DNA from: Octopus bimaculoides | Taxonomy: Eukaryota | Reading direction: 5' to 3' | Assembly: GCF_001194135.2 (NCBI RefSeq) | Contig: NC_068985.1 | Span: 35,446,014-35,510,013, forward strand | Length of the DNA stretch: 64,000 bases | In this document: positions 24,502 through 37,630 of the stretch, one piece after another | Numbering within the stretch: the first letter of the stretch is position 1 | Layout of the letters: each line of letters opens with the position of its first letter | Notes under the pieces: generated by a model | Database searches by the model: none | Seen by the model: only the letters and a program-made list of their open reading frames with translations | Told to the model about the DNA's origin: nothing | Translations under genes and position numbers: made by a program

Positions 24502-24547
24502 AACACCTAATGAAGGCTGGAGGGTATATCAGCCAAAACGTTGTGTT
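24502..24547 (+). ncRNA. Degenerate minimal type-I hammerhead ribozyme motif (right arm)
   Basis: aacac CTaATGA a ggctg gagggtatat cagcc aAAAC GTT gtgtt. Stem I aacac/gtgtt, stem II and the palindromic AACGTT are intact; two core G>A changes. Confidence 0.55.
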
Positions 24548-27500
24548 AACAACAAACAAGATGAGGACAAATATCCATCAAATGTAAATAATGTTTGCTG
24601 ATGAGGTTGTGATAAAGCCAAAACATGTTCACAGTTGACTCACACACTTGCCAGAAAAAAGAAAATGATATTTGTGAATGACAAATCAAAATTCCTAAAA
24701 TTGATTTATTTTTTTTAATATTTTGTAAGCTGCATAATTTCTTTGAGTATTAATTTTTGCATAATATTATATATACTTGTGTACCCTTAATTTTGTAAGT
24801 AAATACTTTTAGTAATTTCTCTTGTTAGAAAGAGATTTTTCATTTTTTTCTTTTTTGTCTATTTATCCATACTTATATAGGTGGAATGACCACATTTTTA
24901 GAGTCATTGTTTCACTGGTAAATGCCCTTCCTACTGCTAACCACTCAAACATGATGTAAGAGTACAATCTGTTTTTAGACATGCAAACTGAAGTGAGCAG
25001 AATCATGGGCAGTGATAGAAATGGATTTTGGAAACTAGGTATAAGGTGAGGCTGTATCCAAGATTTATGTTCAGGAATCAGAGTGAACTTTTTATTTCTT
25101 AATTTAGCCTTAAATATGCTCATTCATCCCCAAGAATACTGTGAATCACATGTTCATCTCCAAGATGTTAAAACAGTTCATAGAGCTCACATTTTTATGT
25201 GAATCTAATATTCATAAAATCTCTTACTTTTGATGACAATCCAAGCCTCACCACGTTATCTTTAAGTAACTTTACATGAATGTTCACAACTTCACAACCT
25301 ATTAAGGAACCAATTGAATTGTTTGCATAAGTAGATGAAGCCATATTATGTAATATATTTTTAAATGCACTTTGTTAGAATTTAATGTTTTGTTTGCAGT
25401 CCACTTGTTGGAATAAGAGTACTTATCAAATCAGGAAAAAAGCAAATGATAAGATTAATAATATATATGACAGTAAAATAACTGAAGAGTTCAAGCAAGT
25501 TAGTAGTTATAATTGTTACTCTTTATTTTTTCCTAAAAAGTAGACTACAAACTAAACTATAAAGTTCAAACAAGGTATCTTTATATTTAATTATAACAGT
25601 ACCTCACATTACTCTATTTCATTCTTCACAAAGCCACACAGTAGTTATTCCTGTCTTCTAACTTTGAATATTTCAATCAAAATAATGAGCTTCTTTTCTG
25701 GTATATAGTATACTGTAGATTAATCTATATGATATATTCTATTATCGGAAATTGATAAAATATCCATACATAATTATCGTAATCTTTTATTAATAGAAAT
25801 TTTATAAATAATAAAATAAGTGTCTCTTTTGATAGACTTAAAGTGTACAAAATCCTGAGAAATTGAAAAATCGGCCAATACCATACCTCTCTGCTTATCA
25901 CTCTGCTTCCATCACTGCTCATGAATACAACACAATGGCCCAAGTAAGACTTAAATTAATGATAATGTGGTCACTACTTCAGCACTTTAATCCTACAGCT
26001 ATTATGCCTATTTTTCATTGTTTTAGTTTTGTTTCAAAGTTTATTTTTGTTATAATTTTAATTCTGTTAATAAATTTGAATTATACTTTTAAATACCCTT
26101 GTTCATTTTGTTTTGTCTTTCTATTTACCATTTCAATAGAATTTGATCTGACTTTATTCTAAAATACAAGAACATTCAAATCCAAATTGTATGAACAGTT
26201 ATTTGTTAAAAAAAATCTTAGACTTTGTATACAGGTACACGGATGTACATATATTTATCCAGACCCTCTTGTACTTGTATATTGCTACAGAACTAATTAA
26301 CAAATTGTCATATGATGACTGCTTTTTATGGCTTAGAGAGGAAAAAACATACTCATGAAGCAGTAATGCTGTGAGTTCTTATATTGGTATTTATTGTGCT
26401 GAACACTTTCAGAAGGCCCCTGATTCCATCAGGGTTCTTGAGTCCCATATCTGGTCCCAACATGGCATCACAAAGTGAACAAAAGGGGTTTTTGTCCTAG
26501 GGGGCTCTTTTGTCCAGATCCCGGTATACGGACCATCTGTACAGGTTGGTGAAAACTGATTTACAGAATGTTTTAAATCCTATTGTCTTGTAATTCTTAT
26601 ATTTTAGCTTATTAGAAAATGAAATAAATCAGCAGTAATTTACAAAAGTTCAGATTTTACAATTACCATTTAAATACATAAGGTTTTTTTGGGTTTTTTT
26701 ACTTTTATTTCATTTCAAAAAAACTTTTCGCACTTTCTCAGCTAATAACGATCACTGCCAACTTCAAGTAGTTTGGCTTTCTGGCTTGCAGAATTCGATA
26801 TTTAGATGCCTGTTTTCTACTGCTGGAGTCTACATGTTGTGGTGTTTGTTTCTCTAATCAATCTCAGCCACCTTCTTTTATGTTTTCTCTCTTATTATCT
26901 GTTATAATCAGCAATCTCACTGTGAGTCCTTTTCTTTTTGTTCACTTTTTTCAGTCATACTTGCTATTTCACTTTCTTATCGAGATACGAAAGCTCTGAA
27001 ATGAGATATGTAATGTTCAAAACAAATTTACTTAAGATGAAAGCTGAAACCATGTTGCTGTCTTAGTGACTTAGATATCTTATGTCTCACTCAATCTTGC
27101 CTTCATTACTGTTTTCTCTATAAATAGTAGTACTTATTTGTGTCAGGTCGCTCTTGTGTACTATGGGCAACATGTAATACAGTACAACCTGTTGCATGGT
27201 TGGGTCATCGGCAACTAGACTGGCAACCCCACCAAGCTTGCTTGGTGAGGAGGGTAGTTGTTGGACACCCTACGGGATAAAAAATAAGACCCATTATAGG
27301 GCGGAGGAACTCATGAACAGTCAACGGCCATCCAACAAATGATCCTGGACAAGATCTGAAACTGCATCGATGACAATGGGTTTTGCCTTGAGGAAAGTGG
27401 GGCTATCTCTTAATTGATCATTGCTCCCAGGTTTGCCCTGGTCTGAAGTGGTAGCACCTGTTAGGACTAGGAGAAGGACAGCTCCAAACATAAAACCATT

Positions 27501-29570
27501 CAAGACAGAGAAGTCCTTTTACTACAAATCAGCATATTCCCTAAATTGTGATAACACCAATCTACAATCCATGTGATGCTTCCCTAGACTCAGGGTCTGC
27601 AGCATGATGTTGTAGCGCTGTATGGAACCAGTCGTCTTGGTTTACTCCATGTTATTGGATAACTCCATGTTATTGGATAATTCCATGCAGTGCCAGTTAG
27701 TGGGTCACGGATTGTGCAACCGTTTCTCCACTATAAACTTCCTAGCACAATCGTTTCTTACATCGTCTACAATTATGTTTTGAAGTCCTATGGCAATGAG
27801 TGCTGAATAGCAGGGGCAGGCTTAAGCTGGCTGCAAGCCCTTAGTTCTGCACTTGCATACAGGTGGTCTCAACAAGATGGTCATTTGCTTTCTGGACAAG
27901 CAGCCAAGACAATCGGTCCTACTGAGAAGACTGAGTAGCCTTGTTTAGGGATGCGCTGCTCACCTCAAGATGGGGAGAGGCCAAGAAAATGTGGCCTAAA
28001 AAACGCCTGCTCACACACCTAATCTGGATGGATAACTGCGTCCGTCGGAATGACTTTCAAATGCAGTTGAAACATTAAAAGTAAAATTCAACCCTTGAAT
28101 GTTGCAACCTGGAATTCTGGACTTTACTGGATGACACCAACACCTCCCTCCCAATCACCGCACTGCCCTTGTTGCGGTGGAACTCCTACACTACAACATT
28201 GACGTTGCCGCCCTCAGTGAAACTCACATTCTTGAGGAGAGGTCACTTACGGAGGTAGGTGAGGGATACACTTTCTTCTGGAAAGGTCACCCTGCTGGCT
28301 CCTCCTGCATGCATGGCATTGCTTTTGCTGTCAGATCAGCTTTGGTCCCATCGCTAACCGAATCTCCAGTTGGCATCAGTGAACGGCTCATGACGATGCA
28401 CATCCCACTAACTCATGGTCGTTCGGCCACACTGCTTAGTGCTCATGCACCAACTCTCACATCAGCCAAAGAGGACAAAGATGCCTTCTACGCTTCCCTG
28501 CGTGCTGCTCTGCAGCGCATTCCACACGAAGACAAACTCTTACTTTTAGGCGACTTTAACGCAGGAATGGGATCAAACCACCACATTTAGCATAGTATTC
28601 TCGGTTGGCACGGCAGTGGAAACACCAACTCAAACCGCCTCCGCCTCGCACTTTGTTCTGAATTTTCCTTTTGCATCACAAACGCAATGTTCCAACTTGC
28701 TGAGAAACACAAAACAACATCGATGCACCCAGATCCGAGCACCTGATTGACTATGCCATCACACAGACCTGCAAGATGTGAAAATCACCACAGTTATATG
28801 TGGTGCCAACTGCTGGACTGACCATCGCTTGGTCCGATGCCGGCTACGCTTGCAAATTCGTCCTCCTATCCATAAGCAAAAACTGAAGCAGATGCTAAAT
28901 GTTGTAACTCTGCAATCGTATGAAGTCCGCCAGAAACTGGCAGTAACACTGGAACAAAAGTTTGCCGAGCTCCCTGATGCCAAGCTTTGACCAACTGATA
29001 GACAAACTCTGACGTCAGAGTGGGACACTCTAGCAACCATTATTATCACTAATGCTGCGAAAGATATACTTGGTGTTTAGAATAGACGTCATCAACCACT
29101 CACTCCTACGTGGAATGAATGCTGCACACAACAGACATCTCTGTCAACCAGCAGCAGCCAACCACAGACAATGGACAAGCCTCTGCTCTGATGTCCAGCG
29201 AAAACTTAGAACCATGCAGAACAACTGGTGGAAGACTAAATCACAAGAAATACAAGGCTATGCTGACGCAAGCAACATCCAAGCTTTCTACGAATCCATA
29301 AAGACTACATACGATCCAATTAGAGGATCCTTCTGCCCCGTATGAAACAATGATTCACATCACTCATCAAGGACCGAGATGGCATTTCAACACCCTCCTC
29401 AACCGTAGAAACCCCATAGACCCTTCTTTTCTTGACAACATCTCTACACTACACCCATCGATTGTGTAGATGAGAAATTTAATCTGCGATAAATGACCTC
29501 AAGTTGAGGTCTCTGCCAGCTGAGATCTTGAGGTATGGTGGTCGGTTTTCTAGACCCGCATTCATGCTTT

Positions 29571-31432
29571 TGTAGTAACGCCGTGCGCATGCGTAGTCTC
29601 ACGCATGCGTGGAATTCAACAACCAAGCTTTCCCGCTTTGATCGATCTCTTTCTTGCTGGCCAGCGATTGAGCATGGACGTGTCTAGCTCGCTCCATCTT
29701 TCGAACTCACGCTAGACAGCTCACATCAACATACCGATGTCCCAACAACCATGTTTCTCACACACCGAAGACGTCTCAACAAACAAGATTAAAGATGTAT
29801 ATTTTCCAACCATGAATAAATATTGTTTGTGTTGATAGTTTGGAGTTCAGCGTTGCCATTAATTTCTAATTTAATATAGGAAAGTCAGGTGTACATCTAA
29901 TGATGTATAACCCACTTTCCTATAAAGTGGTGACCCCGACGTGATACAGACACGCAGCCCGCTGAGCTACAATAACAACTATTTCTATATAACTGATAAC
30001 CAACATTCTTATAAAGTGGTGACCCCGACTAAGAAAAAACGCGGCCATGGATTCTGGACACCAACCTATAACTGGTGACCCCGACTAAAGAACAAATGCG
30101 GCCATGGAGACTGAACTACCAAGCAACGATGACCACCAACATCTCCAACCATAGTCAACACGACTTACTATGTACACCAAACTAAACCACCGCGGCAAAT
30201 CTCTCTATTCGATTCTGTTAGGTGACTTAGCTTCACCACGATAATAAACAGACAAGAATTACANNNNNNNNNNNNNNNNNNNNNNNNNNNNNNNNNNNNN
30301 NNNNNNNNNNNNNNNNNNNNNNNNNNNNNNNNNNNNNNNNNNNNNNNNNNNNNNNNNNNNNNNNNNNNNNNNNNNNNNNNNNNNNNNNNNNNNNNNNNNN
30401 NNNNNNNNNNNNNNNNNNNNNNNNNNNNNNNNNNNNNNNNNNNNNNNNNNNNNNNNNNNNNNNNNNNNNNNNNNNNNNNNNNNNNNNNNNNNNNNNNNNN
30501 NNNNNNNNNNNNNNNNNNNNNNNNNNNNNNNNNNNNNNNNNNNNNNNNNNNNNNNNNNNNNNNNNNNNNNNNNNNNNNNNNNNNNNNNNNNNNNNNNNNN
30601 NNNNNNNNNNNNNNNNNNNNNNNNNNNNNNNNNNNNNNNNNNNNNNNNNNNNNNNNNNNNNNNNNNNNNNNNNNNNNNNNNNNNNNNNNNNNNNNNNNNN
30701 NNNNNNNNNNNNNNNNNNNNNNNNNNNNNNNNNNNNNNNNNNNNNNNNNNNNNNNNNNNNNNNNNNNNNNNNNNNNNNNNNNNNNNNNNNNNNNNNNNNN
30801 NNNNNNNNNNNNNNNNNNNNNNNNNNNNNNNNNNNNNNNNNNNNNNNNNNNNNNNNNNNNNNNNNNNNNNNNNNNNNNNNNNNNNNNNNNNNNNNNNNNN
30901 NNNNNNNNNNNNNNNNNNNNNNNNNNNNNNNNNNNNNNNNNNNNNNNNNNNNNNNNNNNNNNNNNNNNNNNNNNNNNNNNNNNNNNNNNNNNNNNNNNNN
31001 NNNNNNNNTCATTCCTTCAATTTGTACATTGCATGCATGTATCACACGAGTGTACATTTCATTTCTTTCATTTTCTTTGTGTGTGTTTGTGCTACATCTT
31101 GTGGGTGGTTTTCAGTGGCCATCCTGCCTCAGGCTTTCCAACAAAAAAATTATATTATCGTGCGTTCCACACTGGCGAGGGGAGCCCTGTAGTAACGCCG
31201 TGCGCATGCGTAGTCTCACGCATGCGTGGAATTCAACAACCAAGCTTTCCCGCTTTGATCGATCTCTTTCTTGCTGGCCAGCGATTGAGCATGGACGTGT
31301 CTAGCTCGCTCCATCTTTCGAACTCACGCTAGACAGCTCACATCAACATACCGATGTCCCAACAACTATGTTCTCACACACAGAAGGCGCCTCAACAAAC
31401 AAGATTAATGATGTATAACCCACTTTCATATA
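29571..31432 (+). mobile_element. Small (TRIM-sized, Gypsy-type) LTR retrotransposon
   Basis: Direct repeats 29571-29924 and 31188-31432 start TGTAGTAACG. PBS 3 nt after the 5' LTR; purine tract ggcgaggggag just before the 3' LTR. The interior includes a ~745-N gap. Confidence 0.85.
29928..29945 (+). promoter_or_regulatory. Primer-binding site complementary to the tRNA-Trp 3' end
   Basis: TGGTGACCCCGACGTGAT is the complement of ..ATCACGTCGGGGTCACCA, the 3' end of eukaryotic tRNA-Trp; partial copies at 30017-30029 and 30073-30085. Confidence 0.8.
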
Positions 31433-33567
31433 CAAAAACAAAAGTGACAGAGTAGTCTATGGAAATAGACGAGGCATCTCCTTGCTTTCGGTTGCTGGTA
31501 AGGTACTTGCTCGAGTCCTCCTATCATACCTTCTGAGGCATGTTGCCGATGTTGTACTGCTTGAAACCCAATGTGGTTTCCAAAGCGCCCGCTCGACTGT
31601 TGACATGATCTTTGTCGCACGTCTTCTCCAGGAGAAATGCCGTGAGCAAAACCATTCCCTTTACATGGCTTTTATCGACTTAACCAAAGCCGTCGACACC
31701 ACTGACCGTGATGTTTTGTGGGAAATCCTGACAAAATTTAGCTGCCCACCAAATTTTCTTGCCATTCCGAAGGACTTCCACAACGGAATGCTAGCCAGAG
31801 TCGACTGATTCTTTCCGGTCCAAGTCGGTGTCAAGCAACCCATGCTCCTTCCATGTTGAAGATGTGACAATTGCTAATGTTAACCAATTCACGTACCTTC
31901 GCTCAGTCCTCAACAACACCCTCGATCTGACAGACGATATTCAGCGCCATATTCATTATGCCTCTGCTGCGTTTGGTCGGCTAAGTACTCGCGTCCTTCT
32001 CAACAAAAACATCAACATCAGAACAAGAGTGGATGTCTGCAATGCTGTTTGTGTCTCAATCCTGCTATATGGCTGCGAATCTTGGGTGCCTTACCGGCGT
32101 CATATCAAGATGCTCGAATGGTTTAATATCTCTCGCCTTCAACAACTCCTTGACTTACACTGGTGGAACAGGATTCCTCATGCTGAGATACGTGGCCGAA
32201 CAGCCAGCCATCGGAGGTAACAATCGCTAACCGCCAACTCAGATGGGCAGAGCACGTCATTTGAATGCCTTCAAGTCAATTGCTCCTCCTTGTTATGTAC
32301 GGTGAACTTGAAGATGGAAGAGGCTCTGTCGGTGGCCAGCACAAGCGCTTTAGAGATCACCTAAAGGCAACACTGAAAAAGTGTCATATCCCTCCCGACA
32401 GCCTCGAATCAATGGCTACAGATCGCACTAGCTGGTATGGTGCATACAAGACTGGCACCAGCAAACTCCAAGAATATCCTACTGCAGAGTGAAGGGGCAC
32501 GCCGTGCCCGGTGGCACGTGCAGAACCCTGGAAGTAAACAACAGCAAGGCTTTACATGCTCCTCCTGCGGACGTATCTGCCTCTCCAGAATCAGACTTCA
32601 TAGCCATCAGAGGTCACATAACTACAAATGACGTTTGGGAAAAGTACTCATCGTTTCACGATGTTCACGAAACGATAATGAGTACTTATTTATCTATGAT
32701 CCTACAAATTAATTTTCCTGGATTGCCTCCCTTTTTCTGTTATTTTGCTAAGTCGACCCCACTTCACCCTTTCCAGTCTCAATATTATTTTTCTCTGTTC
32801 TTCTTTATTTCTTTAACTAATTATCCCTTTATTTTCACATTTTCTTTCACTTTATTTATCTACTATTTCACTGTTAATATCTCTTTCTATTATCTGACTG
32901 TCTCTCTCCGTCTGTAACCCCTTTCTTTCATATAGTCAACAATCTTCCCGAGTTATCTCCCTTCCTTTACTACCGTGGAATAACGTTAGAACTCATTAAC
33001 GAGTATTATATATTTAAATTCCGAATTATGTCCCTTGAGCCATTACTCGCTCTTTATCTTCTAACGTGTGTTGAGAATGTAAATTTTGAACACGACGGCA
33101 AAACCATACCAGCGCACACAACAACAATAATAACAATTAATACAGAACGAAATTAAACTAAAATCTCTCTTTCATGTCATCTTAATTCATTTCATCTCTT
33201 CCTATCCTTTCATATGCCATCAATTTTTCACCTGTACTACCCCATTATATCCCCTTCCAACTGCTCATGCCTTCACACCATTCTGTATCCTATTTATTGT
33301 ATCCTAACATTTCTCATTTCATTGTAATCCATCCTAATTTTTCTAATTCCATCCTGTGCTATACTGTCCCATCCCATTCCCTTTCATCCTATCTTCCTCC
33401 TCTATTTCTCCTGCCTTCCTATCTGATCCAGTCCTGTAATACCAAATGATATTCCATCTCTTTCTACCTTGTCTAATTCAATCTTGTATAGCTTGTCATT
33501 TCTTGTCACATCCCATCCTATCCCATCATTTTCTATCATGTCCATTTCCATCACACCCTATCCTACG

Positions 33568-34148
33568 ATGCCACTGGTAGACCCACAAAAGATCTTCCTT
33601 CCACCCCTTCACATCAAACTTGGCCTCATGAAAAAGTTTGTAAAAGCAATGGCACACGATGGTTATGGCTTCCAGTATCTAAAAGTAAAATTTGGTGCAG
33701 AGAAAAGTGACGCAAAACTGAAAGCAGGCATTTTCATTGGATCCGAGATCAGAGAATTGATATCTGATAGCAAATTCAGAGGTAGACTGAATTCAGTTGA
33801 ACTGACGGCATCGGAATCATTCATATTAGTTGTACAGAACTTTCTTGGAAATAATAGGGCTGAAAACTATGCTGATTTAGTAAACGACATGCTAACAGTG
33901 TATGAAAGAATGGGATGTCGAATGTCCCTTAAAATGCACTTCTTGCATTCTTATCTAGATTTTTTCCAACAAATCTTGGTGCTCTTAGTGATGAGCATGG
34001 TGAGAGGTTCCGCCAGGACATATCTGAGATGGAAACGTGGTATCAAGGCCAGTTCAATCCACGCATGATGGGCGACTGCCACTGGTTCCTACACTGGGAG
34101 ACCAGCACGATGCATAAGCGCAAGAGCAAGTGTCTCAAACACATCTGA
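33568..34148 (+). mobile_element. DNA transposase C-terminal fragment, probably Chapaev3 (CMC) type, with a frameshift
   Basis: PLVDPQKIFLPPLHIKLGLMKKFVKAM..FLGNN..MSLKMHFLHSYLDFF, then a shifted frame NLGALSDEHGERFRQDISEMETWYQG..MMGDCHW. Confidence 0.8.
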
Positions 34149-34630
34149 GCAGAGTATATCAAAAATGAAATGAGTATTCCCTTAACATATATATATACGA
34201 TGTACCATTACATTATAATACTATTTGCCTTGAACATAAATTTACTATATACAGTACTAATATACTATTATAATAATTATTTACCTTGAACTTAATTATT
34301 CCTGATTCTAATATAGTATTAACATATAAATATGCGCATAACTCAAAATCCTGATGTGCTATAGCAATTCTAAGTTCAAATTTGGAATCAACGTTCTCGA
34401 TTCTGGGTAGCAGACAATAAATCTTTTGCTGTTGCCCAGTGCTATCAAGGTGATAAATGAATGTGGGTGTACACTCATACATGTGTCCATATGTTGGTAC
34501 ATATATATGTGTGTGTGTGTGTGCGTATGTGTGTGTACGTGTGTGTGAGAGAGAGAGAGGAAGAAAGAGAGAGAGAGAGACTAAATTTTAGAATTTCTTT
34601 AAGAATATAAAATCCATAATCTTTCTAATG

Positions 34631-34940
34631 GTACTCCATCGGTTACGACGATGAGGGTTCCAGTTGATCCATGAAATTAACGTGCTTGTGGCTGAGCACT
34701 CCACAGACACGTGTACCCATAATGTAGTTCTCAGGGAGATTCAGCGTGACACAGAATATGACAAGGCTGGCCCTTTGAAATACAGGCACAACTCATTTTT
34801 GCCAGCTGAATGTATTGGAACAATACGAAATAAACATTACACTGAAATAAACATTACATTGTGGTCTTGTTCAAGAACACAATGCATCGCTGGAAATTGA
34901 ACTCACGACCTTGCGATTGTGAGCCGAATACCTTAACCAT
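34631..34940 (-). mobile_element. tRNA-derived SINE (same family as 56840-57220)
   Basis: Shared core gaaattaacgtgc..gtggctgagcactccacagacacgtgtaccc..cagcgtgacacag; tRNA-like head at the right end on the minus strand. Confidence 0.75.
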
Positions 34941-37429
34941 GGATCTTTCTGGTTTTCGTCAATGTTAACAATTTTGTTCAGACCTTTAGTAATTTCGCTT
35001 ACATTTTCATCCAAGCAAAACTCAATTAAAATTATTATTAAACTATACTTTTATAACTTGAATTTCGAGATGTTAATGAATTTTTCAGTACATTAATGTG
35101 AAAGCATCAATGTTACTAACAGATACGCTATGTATATAATGTAGAATTAATGCTTTTGCTAAGATATACGCCACGTATGTAAAGTTACGCAGTTTCAATT
35201 AAAGATGTATTTTATAAAGTGCATAAGCGCATATCAATGAACAAATATCCACTTATAAAATGCTGTAATAAACATACTATCAATCAGTATCAGTATTTAT
35301 TTTATAAATGTATGAACCTATTCGTACGTGTACCTATAAACTTTCGTAAATTTCACTCACTGCCGAATAAAATCAGTTATAAGTTCATTTGCGTTTCATC
35401 TTATAGCAATGTGTATAGTTCTGTCATAGTGTTGTGATACGATACGAGCATTTCTGTAGCAGACGGATGACACGGGGGCCAAGCCTCAGACGAATTTTAA
35501 AGATGGGCAATGTTGATGGAATATTTTCCACATCATACAGATGATATAGAGCTCACAACGGCGGTGGAGGGAGCAAAGCCTGAGCTTTTTGAGTCGATCC
35601 CAATAGTCAAGGCTTGTCATGTCATCACTTGCTTTACTTGAAAATCCTGACACATCACACGAAGAACTCCTTCGATTTCCAGTTACAGAGAATATGGAAA
35701 CCCCTTTCCAACTTGCTATGACATCAAATAAGTAAAATTATTGATTAACTAGGGTACTTAGAATCATTGGATAGATTTGAGTATTTTTTTATATTGTTTA
35801 AGTTTTCAAATTCAATTGATTCTCAAAAATCATAGAAATGTAAAGAATCAAGACGCTCATAAAAGGGATCATAAATATTTGTTTGATAATGCCTTTATTG
35901 AAATTATGCTCTCAAAAGGTTTCCGTAATTTTAAGTTCCGTCAAAATTTCAAAATCTGTTCAGATTGATGATTCCAAGTTAGACTAAGGTATTTATAAAG
36001 GTATTATACTAGTTGCGACAGTATGAATGTGGAAGCGACTGAGTGCGTCACCTACAAAACATGTACAATATCAACTATATCAACAATCCACAGAGATAAT
36101 GGTATGTGTCTGAATTGCATTTATTCTTCCTTTGTAAAGGCTGTTGCTACCAATAAGAATGTAGACTGTTACAAGATCGTTTTAAAAGTGGTAAGTCCTT
36201 GAAAATGCTCTTAAAAAAGATGAGTCATTCACACTCTGTTCCAAGACCAACATCCGAATGACTTCTGTTGACATTAAACAGGGTTTGAACATGCACAACA
36301 AACTTAAACGATCGGTGACTGTCGATTTGGATTAAATGGCTACGACAGTTGTAAAAAGCCATTTCTATCCGCAAAGGGCAGAAAAGCGTACCTCGAATAC
36401 GCCAAGGCTTAATAGACATTGACAGAATCTTTGTTAAGCAGAATCTAGTGGTGAAGTGGTCCGAGGCATCCATGTTCAACTAGTTGTACTTATGATGGGA
36501 GGATGTATGTGAGATGCTGTCCTGGCAAGAAACTGAATATCAGTTATCTCTAGAAAACTGTATAAAGAGGCGAGATAGTGTCATGGTTTGGAATGGTTTC
36601 TCAGTTCAAGATTCTGCTCCTAATCATCCTATCACTAGTCCCATGGATCAAAAAGTCTTTCCAATGGTCACTTGCTGCCGGCTCTGTCGTGACACTTTTA
36701 GAGGCCCCTGCAACTTTTTGTTTCGAGACCCCCATCCCTTCAATCAAAATTCATAATCTACGCACCTTTTATTCATAGTTATATTTTACTGTATTCTATT
36801 TGAAGTTCATTATTTCACGATATCCTAAAGAGCATCTTTAAAAGTAGAAGTTAAATTCATTTAGGTCTATTACAAATTTCTATAAGTAAAATTTCCAGAT
36901 ATAAATAAAAGAGCACTTTTATCATTCAGGCAACTTTCAAAGTCAAACACAGCGCACTTTTCGCTTCGCGAAATCATCGATCAGTTGAGAATAATCAAGC
37001 TGAGAGCTAAGTTCGTGTTCAATAGATATCATAGACAATCGACAAAGTCTGGTACAGGTTCGTGGTACAATGTAATATTTTTACAAGAACTTTTACAGGT
37101 ACAATGAAATACCATTTTATTTCTTGAAATTTTCAGTTAACATAATTTAATTCTTCTTCAACATCTTAACCAAAGTAAATAAATGACTCATCTACGTACT
37201 TTGATCTTAACATGGGGCCCCTCAACCGCGGAGACCCCCTGCGACCGCAGGGGTTGTAGGGGCCTAGCGACAACCTTGCATGCTGCTGAAATGAATACTG
37301 AAGTATGACTCCGAGCTCTGCATAGTTCAGTCAAGTAGTTTCTAACACAATATTAGGTCAATATTGTGTCCAGCACCTGATGTGTCCATGCCGCATAAAT
37401 GTCATAGAGAAAAGGGGAGAGTAGGCTTA

Positions 37430-37625
37430 CTATTGGTTTCAAATTTTGATCAGCAATTTCTAGGGACGGGGTACGTCAATTTCATCGGCATCAGTGCTCA
37501 ACTGGAACTTACTTTATCGACTCCGAAAGGATGACAGGCAAAGTCGACCTCGGTGAAATTTAAACTCAGAACGTAAAAGCGAACGAAATGCCGCTAAACA
37601 CTGCCCGGCGTGCTAACTATTCTGT
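37430..37625 (-). mobile_element. Decayed tRNA-derived SINE (family of 54786-55019)
   Basis: gcaaagtcgacctcggtgaaatttaaactcagaacgtaaaagcgaacgaaatgccgctaa matches the rc of the 54786 element head. Confidence 0.7.
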
Positions 37626-37630
37626 AAATA

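Larger units (their letters stand above)
24069..24594. mobile_element. Head-to-head inverted pair of a tRNA-headed SINE with (AAT)n and a Penelope-like 3' tail
   Basis: 24069-24303 is the reverse complement of ~24398-24594 apart from microsatellite length. The right copy has a full tRNA-like head from 24342; the left copy is truncated in the B box. Confidence 0.85.
27140..32680 (+). mobile_element. Decayed RTE-BovB-like LINE, interrupted by an LTR element
   Basis: APE endonuclease ELLHYNIDVAALSETH..GYTFFWKG..LLGDFNA (28177-28590). RT IYKNKSDR..GISLLSVAGKVLARVLL..ETQCGF..RSTVDMIF..QEKCREQ..FIDLTK (31430-31800). C-terminal C2H2 FTCSSCGRICLSRIRLHSHQRSH (~32550-32620). Confidence 0.92.

Noticed and set aside
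36225-37276. Possible hAT transposase C-terminus and terminal repeat
   Set aside because: Only a faint RFSAL-like similarity and one candidate end; no matching second TIR or TSD could be established.
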